From Utricularia gibba (lineage: Eukaryota > Plantae > Magnoliophyta), in NCBI GenBank assembly GCA_002189035.1, contig CM007990.1, forward strand, positions 3,906,001 through 3,970,000: DNA of 64,000 nt, written 5' to 3'. How positions within the stretch are numbered: position 1 is the first letter of the stretch; each line of letters opens with the position of its first letter. Below the pieces are notes generated by a model, which saw nothing but the letters and a program-made list of their open reading frames with translations, was not told the origin of the DNA and ran no database searches. Shown piece after piece: positions 1 through 10,290 of the stretch. The position numbers were made by a program, and so were the translations under genes.

Positions 1-54
1 TGGTTCATTTACCCTTGAGTTCTAGCATGATTTGTTTTCTGTTGTTCGATGCAG

Positions 55-1849
55 ATTGATGAAAACGTTGCTCGCGAGATCATAAATCACCGATCACTTC
101 GACATCCCAATATAATTCGATTTAAGGAGGTGAAGTAATTCATACTGACTCAGAGCCGGTTTAATGCGACGACTAGTTGTGTTGATGTTTGTTGCTTGTT
201 TTATGAGTAGGTGGTGCTTACACCAACTCATTTAGCTATTGTTATGGAGTATGCTGCTGGTGGAGAACTTTTTGAGAGGATCTGCACTGCTGGTAGATTC
301 AGTGAAGATGAGGTAGTTTCTAAGACTTTCGGGCCTAATTTGACCGAATAAGTGATTACCTTTGGCTTTTGGGATTGCATTTTTTCATGTACTTTTTATG
401 ATTTGCACAGGCTAGGTACTTCTTTCAGCAACTTATTTGTGGAGTCAGCTACTGTCACGCCATGGTAAGAGAAGCTGATTACCTGTCCGTGAGATGTCAC
501 AGCCTGCAATATTCTGCCGAAAAATTGGGAGTATCATGCTTGCACACTCTGCGTAGCTAATGACTTTATCATTTGCAGCAAATATGCCATCGCGACTTGA
601 AACTGGAGAATACCCTTCTTGATGGAAGTCCTGCTCCACGCCTCAAAATATGCGATTTTGGATACTCAAAAGTGATGCAAATTTGCAAAATATTTTGTTT
701 TTTTGTTTATAAGTGCTCTGTTTGAACCTTGGTTTTCTTCTCTCAAGTCATCTCTACTCCACTCAAGGCCCAAGTCAACTGTAGGAACCCCTGCTTATAT
801 TGCTCCAGAGGTTCTTTCCAGAAGAGAATACGATGGGAAGGCAAGAAAGCTACTTAATTTTTTTTTTTCCTGAAATTTCACCTAAGTGTGCTACTTTAAG
901 CTTCATCCACCTTTTTGAACGCTTTTGCTGTTGTTGTTTTTTGGGGTTACTTGGATACCTCTTCGATATATTTAGCTAAGTGCTGTATGTCCGGCTTCCC
1001 CTGCTCATCTAATTTTGCTCCCAAGTACATCTCCAACTCATGAAAACTGCACCTCCTCTATGAAAATGTGATGGCTTTTCGACCTTCATCCTTCATTTTA
1101 CACCATACCTGTTTTTTCTATCCAGATGGCTGATGTTTGGTCTTGTGGCGTGACACTCTATGTTATGCTTGTTGGAGCATATCCTTTTGAAGATCAGCAA
1201 GATCCTAAGAACTTCAGGAAGACCATCCAAGCAAGTGTTTTGTTTTTCTTCCTTATCATGGCATTTCGTTCGTTCTTCTGCCTGCTTGTCTGGTCGACTT
1301 AACGTATTCATTATTTGATCTTTTCCAGAGGATAATTGCTGTTCAGTACAAGATTCCTGATTATGTCCATATATCAAAAGAGTGCAGGCACCTTCTTTCT
1401 CGGATATTTGTTGCCAGTCCAGCCAATGTATGAGAGCTGGTTTAAATTCCGGAATCACTTATCCTATTTCATGATGAAGACATGAGTCTTCCCTGTAATT
1501 CAACTCTCATGCAGAGAATCACAATCAAGGAAATCAAATCACACCCATGGTTCCTGAAGAACCTACCGAGGGAGCTAACAGAAGCAGCTCAAGCAGGATA
1601 CTACCGCAAGGAGAACCCAACCTATTCCCTCCAAACTGTAGAGGAGATCATGAAGATCGTAGAAGAGGCTAAATCTTCCTCTCCTGCCCCCGCTCACTCC
1701 GAGGATTCGGATGGGGAGCAGGAGAGGAAGAGGAAGAGTTGAAGGAAGAAGAAGAGGAGCCAGAGGACTTGGAAGAAGAAGATGATGAAGACGAGTATGA
1801 TAAGCAGGTAAAAGCTGCTCATGCCAGCGGAGAAGTGCACCTTGTGTGA
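55..1849 (+). CDS. SnRK2: SNF1-related protein kinase 2, subclass I (SnRK2.4/2.10-like); exon 1 lies outside the window; 1-bp frameshift in the last exon as sequenced
   Basis: Exons 55-129, 211-312, 411-464, 579-671, 748-840, 1126-1230, 1329-1427, 1515-1849. Sizes 75/102/54/93/93/105/99 nt match the conserved SnRK2 pattern. Motifs [62 protein letters not shown]. The acidic tail GFGWG...[20 protein letters not shown] is in a shifted frame; the unshifted frame stops at 1742. Confidence 0.95.
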
Positions 1850-2128
1850 TGGGTGCAGTGAGAACTAGTAAGTTCCTTCCTGGTTTGGTTTGCTGTTTGG
1901 TACAGACAAGTGATGCCTGTATGAGGTGTGCAATAAGTTTGTAGAGCATTTCTGTGTGTTTTGTAGCATAAGAAGCATGCGGGTTTGAAGACATCTCCTT
2001 CTTCTCGGTTTGAGGCTTCAGCAATAAGGGAATGAAATGGATGCTTGTATTGTTATCAGATTGTTTTGTTAGCCTTTTCCTCTTCAGGTGAGGCATATCC
2101 TTGCAAAATTAATAATATTTAGGGTTTA

Positions 2129-2345
2129 GAGTGTGTTTGATATATGAATAAGTTATATTAGGAATAAAAGAAGGTATATGAAGAAAAATTATATGATATT
2201 ATAATTTTATTTCAACCATTTTATTTTTATTATTTTATTTTATATTCATGATATAAATTATTCAAATTATAATTTATCTTATCTATCAAACATCATGTTT
2301 TTTTTATTTAATTATCTCTATTTATACTTTATATCAAACACATTT
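2129..2345. mobile_element. Tourist-like MITE (PIF/Harbinger non-autonomous)
   Basis: Termini GAGTGTGTTTGATAT (2129-2143) and ATATCAAACACATTT (2331-2345) are near-perfect inverted repeats. TTA flanks both sides (2126-2128, 2346-2348). AT-rich interior. Confidence 0.7.
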
Positions 2346-3879
2346 TTAGGATATATATCTCATATTATTATTATGAGACATAATAATATTTAATATCAAT
2401 GAATATGTTTAGAGTATATGTCTCATATTATTATTATAAAAAATCAATAATTTTTATTTAATTCTCTAATTTCGAAAAATAAAATATATGAGTGATTTGA
2501 TTAGAGTGGTTCTCTCATTTAAAAATATATAAATATTGATTTTTGCTAATTTAGGATAGATTATTGAGATCATTGGTGTTTTACATAATGGTTTTGTGTA
2601 AAATATTTCATTCTTTATGTATAGCTGAATATCATGGTTATGATTATTGATTTTGGATGCGAACGACCCTCAACTATGTTGCTCAAACAAATATGCAAAG
2701 AAATAATGTAAGCCCAACGTTTCTAGTGATGATATCCAACATTAATTACATAAGATGGGATGAAATGTGTTTAAATATAGAGATCTTATGATTTTTTTTT
2801 TTGAAAATGAAAAATGTAAAACCGTAATGATTAGGTTTACGAAACAGACAATTTCACATCATTAGAATGTAATTTGTAATATTTGGTATTAAGCCAAACT
2901 AGAATGTTTGCCAATGTCAAGATAGAGACCCATTTAAAATATGATAACATTATCTTATATTGATTATGAATATAAGATGATAAATATTTAAACATAAATT
3001 TCTTTCTAATATTGTATAAAATCTTTTTATCTAAACTGAATAACATGAAATTATAAAAAATGAATATTTAAAACGAATAATATCATACAAATAAAACGTG
3101 ACTTGTTATAATTAAAATGCAAAAATTATATCAAATCTATAAAAATAAAAAAATGAAAATGAAGCCCAAACATGAAAAAATCAAACATCACTTGTTTAAG
3201 AAAACTCAATAACGAAAAATATAGTTGTAAAAGCTTTGCAAAATATGTATATGTTAAAAAAACATATTTATTACACAAACGTTTATAATATATGATTATT
3301 TAAAAGCCTAACTATACATACCCAACACATCATTAATTATTTCCAATTCATGTATAATTGAATATCTCAATAATTGATATTTAAAATATAATATTTGCAT
3401 TGAAAGATATGGTGGATTCAACATTTTGTCCATTTTATATTACACTCACGACTTGGTTTTTTTATTTATTTATTAAAAATAAATAAAATTGAACTTAAAA
3501 TTGAACCGTTCTTGAATCTCGAATCGAATTCCTTTCTAATTAGGGAATCTTCTTGAGAGTCAATGTAGAGATTTAATACGTAGTCTCGTCGTCATAAAAT
3601 TGAAATTACTGAATTTGGTCGCACGAGATTTTAATTTTGCAGTGTAAATTGACAATTGAGGAGATGTCAGCGTCACCTTTGAATGCTGGAATCATCTGCG
3701 CGCGGTTCCAGGATCTATACTATGAGGACGCGTCTACATTCATCCCCTCACGCGACCACCCCCTTATTGCTTTATTTTTTCTTCTATTGCAGAGCAGGAA
3801 ACCATTTTTGTGACTCGCTTCGATTTCCAGCGGAGCTCTGGTTTCTGATCGTTGAGGAGAAGAAGAATTTACATCTCCG

Positions 3880-3987
3880 ATGAACGATTTTGCGCTGCGT
3901 ACTGAAAGTTCTCGTATCTTGGCTCCTCCCTGTAGTTGTTCTTGCGCGTGCTCCTGTTGTCGCGATCTGTCTTCCTGCATTTGTTGA
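3880..3987 (+). CDS. Cys-rich upstream ORF (35 aa) in the probable 5' leader of the SHMT gene
   Basis: ATG 3880 to TGA 3987 encodes MNDFALRTESSRILAPPCSCSCACSCCRDLSSCIC. It ends 68 nt before the SHMT ATG. Cys and Ser use mixed synonymous codons. Translation and inclusion in the transcript are not shown. Confidence 0.55.
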   Translation: MNDFALRTESSRILAPPCSCSCACSCCRDLSSCIC

Positions 3988-4055
3988 TCGTTAATTGGGA
4001 TTTGATTCTACGGAGTGGAAATTAGTGATCTTGCGATTTGGGGGGTTTTGTGGTA

Positions 4056-6302
4056 ATGGATTTGACTCATACTCGGGCGAATAATGGCGTATCATTAGGG
4101 TTTGTGTCGCATGTTTCAACGTTGCCTAGGGATGGAGGTGCGAACACTGAGGGTGGTGTTGGAATTATTTCGTTTCAAATCGAGTCGACATCTCGAGATC
4201 CCCGGCAGCCCCTGCCGTCCACACCTCTTCAGCTGTTGGACCAGCAAACGGAGGATCTGAACAAGCGAGCTGAAAAGAAATTAGATGGGGATGAGGATGT
4301 AAAGGAGGACGACGATAAGGAAGTTGAACAATTTTGCTTTTTTGGGCACTCTATGTCTCTGAAGAGGAAGCGTGCGATGGATCCGTGCCCATCTTCATCG
4401 TCTTTGTTCTCCTTTAAGATTTCTTCGTCAGATATGGATGCACGTAAGCGTGCGGTTAAAGAGTGGGGGAATTTGGGTTTGGAAAGTGCGGACCCTGAAA
4501 TTTTCTCAATCATGGAGAAGGAGAAGCATCGGCAGTTTATGGGGATTGAGTTAATTGCGTCTGAGAACTACGTATGCAAAGCTGTGATGGAAGCACTGGG
4601 TAGTCACTTGACTAATAAGTACTCTGAAGGGATGCCAGGTGCTCGATATTATGGTGGGAATGAATACATTGATGACATAGAAACTCTCTGCTGCGAACGA
4701 GCTTTGGCTGCATTTGGGCTTGATTCTGAAAGTTGGGGTGTGAATGTGCAATCATACTCGTGTACGTCTGCAAATTTCGCTGTCTATACTGGGCTTTTGC
4801 TGCCGGGGGACAGAATAATGGGTTTGGATACACCTTGTGGAGGGAATACAAGCCATGGATGCTACTTGCCTAATGGGAGGAAAGTTTCAGGTGCCTCAAT
4901 ATTTTTTGAGAGCCTGTCATACAAGGTTAATCCACAGACTGGCCTAATAGACTATGATAAACTTGAAGAACGTGCACTAGATTATCGCCCTAAGATATTG
5001 ATATGTGGCGGTAGTTCATATCCACGAGAATGGGATTATGCCAGGTTCCGGAAAATAGCGGATAAGTGTGGTGCAGTTTTGCTATGTGACATGGCTCAGA
5101 TAAGTGGCCTCGTTGTTGCAAAGGTGAAAATTTTATCCCGCAATGGTTATTTAGTTTTAGGGAAGTTACATCATGGAAGCTGTATTTTCTTTCTATCGGT
5201 TTATCTTGTTTCCAACATTTAGGATTTTTTACTTCTTCATAGTGCTCGAGTGTGAAGTCTGTTTGTCAATTAAGCTTTTGGAGGATGCAATCTATGTCTC
5301 TTGCGTAATCTTATGAGTCATCAGAATCCTAACATGAAGCATCAATGCAATACGAAAGCAGATTGCCTTTTTTAATGCTATATGCTTTTCTGAATGCAGG
5401 AGTGCGCAAGTCCTTTCGAATATTGTGATATTGTTACCTCTACCACTCATAAAAGTCTCAGAGGTCCCAGGGGAGGGATCATCTTCTACAGGAAAGGGCC
5501 AAAAGTAAAGAACAGAGGTTCACATATGAATCAAGGAGATGGCATTGAGAAATATGATTTTGAGGAAAAGATCAATTTTGCTGTTTTCCCTGCGCTTCAA
5601 GGTGGACCACACAATAACCACATTGCAGCTTTGGCCATAGCACTAAAGCAAGTTGCAACACCTGCGTTTAAGAGCTATGTAAAACAAGTTAAGAAAAATG
5701 CTGTGGCTTTAGCATCAGCTTTGTCAAGGGGAAACTGCAAGCTGGTAACGGGGGGAACTGACAATCATCTATTGATTTGGGATGTAAGAAACTTTGGGTT
5801 GACTGGTAAGGAATGCTCTAGTCGTAGTTATCCTACTTGCACCATTTCATCTTTGCAAGTGCTGTTATTTAACGATCTCCTGAATGTGCAGGAAAAACCT
5901 TAGAGAGGGTATGCGAGGTGTGCCACATCACAGTCAACAAGACTACAGTGTTTGATGACAACGGAAATATTACTCCTGGAGGCGTGAGGATTGGTACGTG
6001 AATGTTCTCTAGTCAGACACAAGCGTTTATGCTGCCCCTGTTTTGTAACTAAAAACAGATGTTCTTGCACGTGGTTAGGCACTCCTGCAATGACAACAAG
6101 AGGCTGTCTCGAAGCTGACTTTGAGGAGATTGCGAAATTTCTTCTTAGGGCTGTTCGAATTGCCATGTCCGTGCAGAGGGAACAAGGGAAATTGCCAAAA
6201 TCTTCTCCACTGGGGCTTGAGAACAACAGGGAAATCATGGAACTCCGTAGCCGAGTAGAAGCCTTCGCCTCACAGTTCGCCATGCCGGGGTTTGATGAGT
6301 AA
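4056..6302 (+). CDS. SHM7: Serine hydroxymethyltransferase, nuclear SHM6/SHM7 clade
   Basis: Exons 4056-5123, 5400-5805, 5892-5993, 6079-6302, all GT-AG. N-terminal extension [16 protein letters not shown] with a KRKR NLS-like motif. Motifs [26 protein letters not shown]-lysine motif [39 protein letters not shown]; ends [11 protein letters not shown]6 versus SHM7 orthology cannot be resolved by eye. Confidence 0.93.
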
Positions 6303-6869
6303 CTCAGGTACTCCTATCTATGCCGTCCTTGCATCCGATCCGGGATGTGGGTCTCTCGTGATGCCCAAGTCGTCTCTGATCAGATTCTCGTCGGAACGGA
6401 ATGAATCTGCGCATGATCTGCGTGCTGTGTGTCTATTAGTTAAGGTCTGTCTTCATGGCCATCAATGTTTGGTCAGGGGATCCTTTGACGGTGGTATAGA
6501 AGAAGGGAAGTCACCTGCCATTTTTGCAGTGATGGAGGTGGCACCGGAGGCTGTTGGCAGTTCTTTTGCTGTGCGTATTAACAAATTTGCAACAACACAG
6601 TGGTTCCCTGTATCTCCTAGTGGAAGTTTATAGGGCTTTTTCTTTGTCATTCATTCGCATGTGTAGAGTTCTACCATACTTTTGGTTCAATGTCTCCATC
6701 GAGTATGACGATGCTATATTAGAGATCTCATGTTTCTCATCTCTGGCATACTTTTCTTCCCGATGCAAAGCTCATCCTCATCCCTTGATCCAATGAGAAA
6801 ATTTTTTGAGGTTAACAGCGGGATCCGTCAGGCCCCATTATCCGCCTGCTCCATGGCCCTGGGGAGTGA

Positions 6870-8330
6870 AAATTTGAACTAAAAGTCGTGAATCCAGCCT
6901 CATTTTCCGATCGCTACTGCGTCTTCCCACCACCGGAGGTAAGGACATTTGGTCGTGAAACGCCCGGTGAAAACTAATCTTGTTCTGAGAAAGTGTCCAA
7001 GTACGATTATCCCTCGCTTTCTTATATAGAAATCGCAGCGGCGCTAGCAGGGTACCAGTCGCCGCCATATCGGAGGGGCATCTTATTCGCCCTGGCCCAG
7101 TTTTGACTTGCGACTTCTACAGGCATGTTGATCCCCAGAGGACGCACCAATTAGAAAAGCTCTAGAGATTGGGTTTGCAAGTGCTTAATCGCAAATGATT
7201 TCCAGTTTCAAAAAAGAACTTGGCGTGATGTCTGGCTGTCATTACACGTCTTCTTCTTCAATTCGTTTTCTTCATTTATCTTTCCGATGCGTTAATTGTT
7301 TACACTTGTAGGGGGCTCTAGAGGGGAAAAAATGGTACATGTTGAAGTGAAAAATTCTGGAAGGGCTGCTTCATTATCTTACAAGAGCATGTATGTTGAT
7401 ACAAGCGCGTGTGCGCTGTTCATTATCTTGGTTTAAGCACCCGGTGGGTTCTACTGTATGTCTCTGAACCCAGGAATTGATCCCATCGATTTAAATAAGT
7501 TTCCCTACATCAGCTTATTCATTTATTGATCTCTGTTTCTTGTTTTCTGGTTGTTGGTAATCCTCTGATTATGAAATATGATTTGCAAAGAATATCACCT
7601 TTGCAGCTGTATATCGGTTCTCTGAGAAGGTTTTAGTTCGTGACTAACCCCATAGCACCAGCGCACTTCTGTTGATGGTAGATTCTGATTTTGCATTTCC
7701 CTTGCCAACTGAGCAGTTGATAAAGATCTAAACGCCCTGAAAAATAAGTTTAGCGGAGAAGAAGTTTCAATCAAGTCCCTTGAGATTCACTGGAAGTCTG
7801 GAATTACAGTCTACAGGTACCCGTGGTGTAGTTATTTGATTTGAACCTTCCTGGAGATGCTGATCACGACAGCAAAGCCTTCACGCTGCTTTTGCTTCTT
7901 GTTAGCTATTTAAGAACCAGGATAAGCAGACGTGATACTCTCTGCAAATTTTGCTGATCTGTTAACATAGCTACTTATTTCTGGTACAAGTAGGAGACAT
8001 GCATGACTACGCATCTGTAGTTGCTTATTCCAAGCATGCGCAGACTCGATGTTACATGCGTAATGTGTTTCAGGCCGAAGCTATCTCTTCAAAGAAAGAA
8101 GGTGTCAAGCAAGAAGGAGAAGTTAAGATGCAACTATTAGTATCCAAATGTGAAGAAATTACGACAGTGGTACGTACTCTTATTGTGCTTGTTTATCAAG
8201 CGAGGCATGATAAGCTATTAGCTTCTTCATGAAATTGTGACCATGGTAAACTGTTTCCATTCAGTAACTCAGTGAATTGCAGATGCTTTTGCTGATGGGA
8301 ATACGAATGAGTTGACAAATGTATGTGTGT
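6870..8330 (+). other. Putative multi-microexon transcription unit or decayed gene of unknown identity
   Basis: Strong donor GAG|GTAAGG at 6938 and a chain of short AG..GT-bounded segments (e.g. 7312-7334, 7717-7816, and a 96-nt phase-0 segment AEAISSKKEGVKQEGEVKMQLLVSKCEEITTV). No continuous ORF could be assembled. Confidence 0.3.
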
Positions 8331-8647
8331 TGCATTGCATCTTCTGGTTGCTTCCCCTCACTTCAGTCGAGAAAATAGTCTTTTGCATCAGCTGTTCCCA
8401 TCTCTTGGAACAAATGAAACCATTTTGAAATGAAACTTGGAATCTTCAATTTTTTTTTTTTTTTTTGAAGAATGCTTGTTGCATTGGCGACAAAAATACT
8501 GCTATGAGACTCTCAAAAGGAAGGCGTGAGGTTAGTGGAGGGAAAGATGAAAAGGGGTGCTGCCTCAATAATGGCGGAATAAGCTGCTGTTGCTCAACAG
8601 TTGAACTTGGAGGTCACAAGCGTCGCTGTCTCCAGCGCCGCCTGAAA

Positions 8648-9424
8648 ATGAGTCACCGGAATGTTCTCCTCCTGCTACTCCTCTTGGTCTCGCTTCAGCT
8701 CGTCCTCGCCCACTACACCCACTACCCAACGACCGGAGCCGACTGGAAGGACGCACGCGCTACATTCTACGCTGCCGCAGAGCCCAGCGACGCTGTCGGA
8801 GGCGCGTGTGGATACGATGACCTCGTGAAAAATGGATATGGCAAGGCTACCGCCGCGCTCAGCTCAGTTCTGTACCAAAGGGGCCAGATCTGCGGCGCCT
8901 GCTTCGAAATCCGGTGTGTTAACGACCTAAAATGGTGTATCCCTGGCACCTCCATCATCGTAACTGCCACCAATTTCTGCCCACCCAACTACGGCTTCGA
9001 GGCCGACGGCGGTGGCCGGTGCAACCCACCTAACGCCCATTTCGTTCTCCCCATCGAAGCATTCGAGAAGATCGCTATCTGGAAGGCATCGAATATGCCT
9101 GTCCAGTACCGGAGAATCAATTGCAGAAAAGACGGGGGCATCCGATTCACCATCTCCGGCGCCGGAATATTCCTATCGGTGCTAATTAGCAACGTGGGTG
9201 GCCCCGGAGACATCACCGCCGTGAAAATCAAGGGTTCCCGAACCGGGTGGCTGCCGATGGGTAGAAATTGGGGGCAAATCTGGCACGTAAACGCCGACCT
9301 GAAGAATCAGCCCCTATCGTTCGAAGTCACCGCCAGCGACGGCGTTACCCTGCCGTCGTACAACGTCGCACCCAAGAACTGGGAATTTGGGCAATCTTTT
9401 GAAGGTAAACAATTTGAATCCTAA
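8648..9424 (+). CDS. EXPA13: Alpha-expansin, EXPA13 clade, single exon (258 aa)
   Basis: Signal peptide MSHRNVLLLLLLLVSLQLVLA. DPBB domain with ATFY, GGACGY, CGACFEIRC, TATNFCPPN and the HFV variant of the HFD motif typical of this clade. C-terminal CBM63 domain with MGRNWGQIW. The ORF is uninterrupted. Confidence 0.93.
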   Translation: MSHRNVLLLLLLLVSLQLVLAHYTHYPTTGADWKDARATFYAAAEPSDAVGGACGYDDLVKNGYGKATAALSSVLYQRGQICGACFEIRCVNDLKWCIPGTSIIVTATNFCPPNYGFEADGGGRCNPPNAHFVLPIEAFEKIAIWKASNMPVQYRRINCRKDGGIRFTISGAGIFLSVLISNVGGPGDITAVKIKGSRTGWLPMGRNWGQIWHVNADLKNQPLSFEVTASDGVTLPSYNVAPKNWEFGQSFEGKQFES

Positions 9425-9559
9425 CTTGCTGTCCTCCACGGCATGAGAACTGCGATGTATCAACAGTTTTCCAAAACAGTAATGTTCCTACTCCACCACA
9501 GAAATGCCCATTTGTGTAGTCCTCCTTTCAGATTGCATCTTTGAGGTTTTCATTATTTA

Positions 9560-10290
9560 TTAAACAAGAAGAGATTCATCACCAACCATGAAAACCATAA
9601 GTGCCATTTCAATTGCTGCTGTACGCTGATGTTCAATTACTTGGTGAGGTTTGATACATCTAAAACAGAATGCATCATGAGAAATGAAAGAACGATTGCT
9701 TGTGTAGTAGAATCAACTGGGGATAAAAAGGGTAGCTCACAGCAGAGAACTCAATGTGGGTGCTCCCCTGGAATTTTACTTTGATCAAGAGCAGGCCTCC
9801 TGGTGGCTGATCGTCTTCTCTGGAATAAACTTGGGTTTTGGAGGCGCACCGGGTGCTTTGTCCTGGAAGCATCGCATCTCAGATCCTACTGTTTCTGATA
9901 CCCTTCCTCCGTATAATTCGTATGCCGATGATACATAATGTTGCTTCAGATTCCTGCCTTTATGCTGTTTATCATTTCCAAGTAGCTCCAAAGATAGCCA
10001 CAACCCTGGTCTCCCATCTCTGCTCCTTTCTTTTGGCACTTCCCTTCAAGCTTGGTGAACAATCGGTAAGTGCCTGCCACTCAGGAGAACCTTCACGGAT
10101 GCGAGCCAGGGAGGGGTGTTTTGGCCTACTCACTATCCGGAGTGGAGCTACACAAGAAACTTGAAACTTCTACCCAAAAAAGCTACACAGGTCTTGAAGC
10201 TTTCTGATACCAATCTCGTACAGGCGTCGAAGCTTCTTGCACTTTAGAAAAAGGTGAATGAGAATTCCGTATCATCTAATGAAGAAGAGA
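9560..10290 (-). pseudogene. Degenerate PLS/E-class PPR pseudogene (tentative)
   Basis: Minus-strand fragments across shifting frames resemble PPR E-domain consensus in the expected order: DQGCGYL, KQHYVS..ELYG, GGLL..KFQGSTHIE, LSPVDST, SAYSS-IEM, VFMVGDES. Many stops and frameshifts. Confidence 0.4.

Noticed and set aside
1575-2096. 173-aa minus-strand ORF with a Leu/Pro-rich tail
   Set aside because: Antisense shadow of the GAA/GAG-rich SnRK2 tail and 3' UTR.
3300-3720. SLIM1/EIL3 (UPE-box or TEBS) sulfur-response element in the SHMT promoter
   Set aside because: Only partial TTGAAYC words near 3490-3520; no convincing full match by eye.
4038-4055. Upstream TTG start of SHMT in the ORF track
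   Set aside because: The ATG at 4056 gives the MDL start typical of the SHM6/7 clade.
8465-8647. 61-aa N-terminal extension of the expansin in the ORF track
   Set aside because: It starts at TTG; the ATG at 8648 directly precedes a canonical signal peptide.
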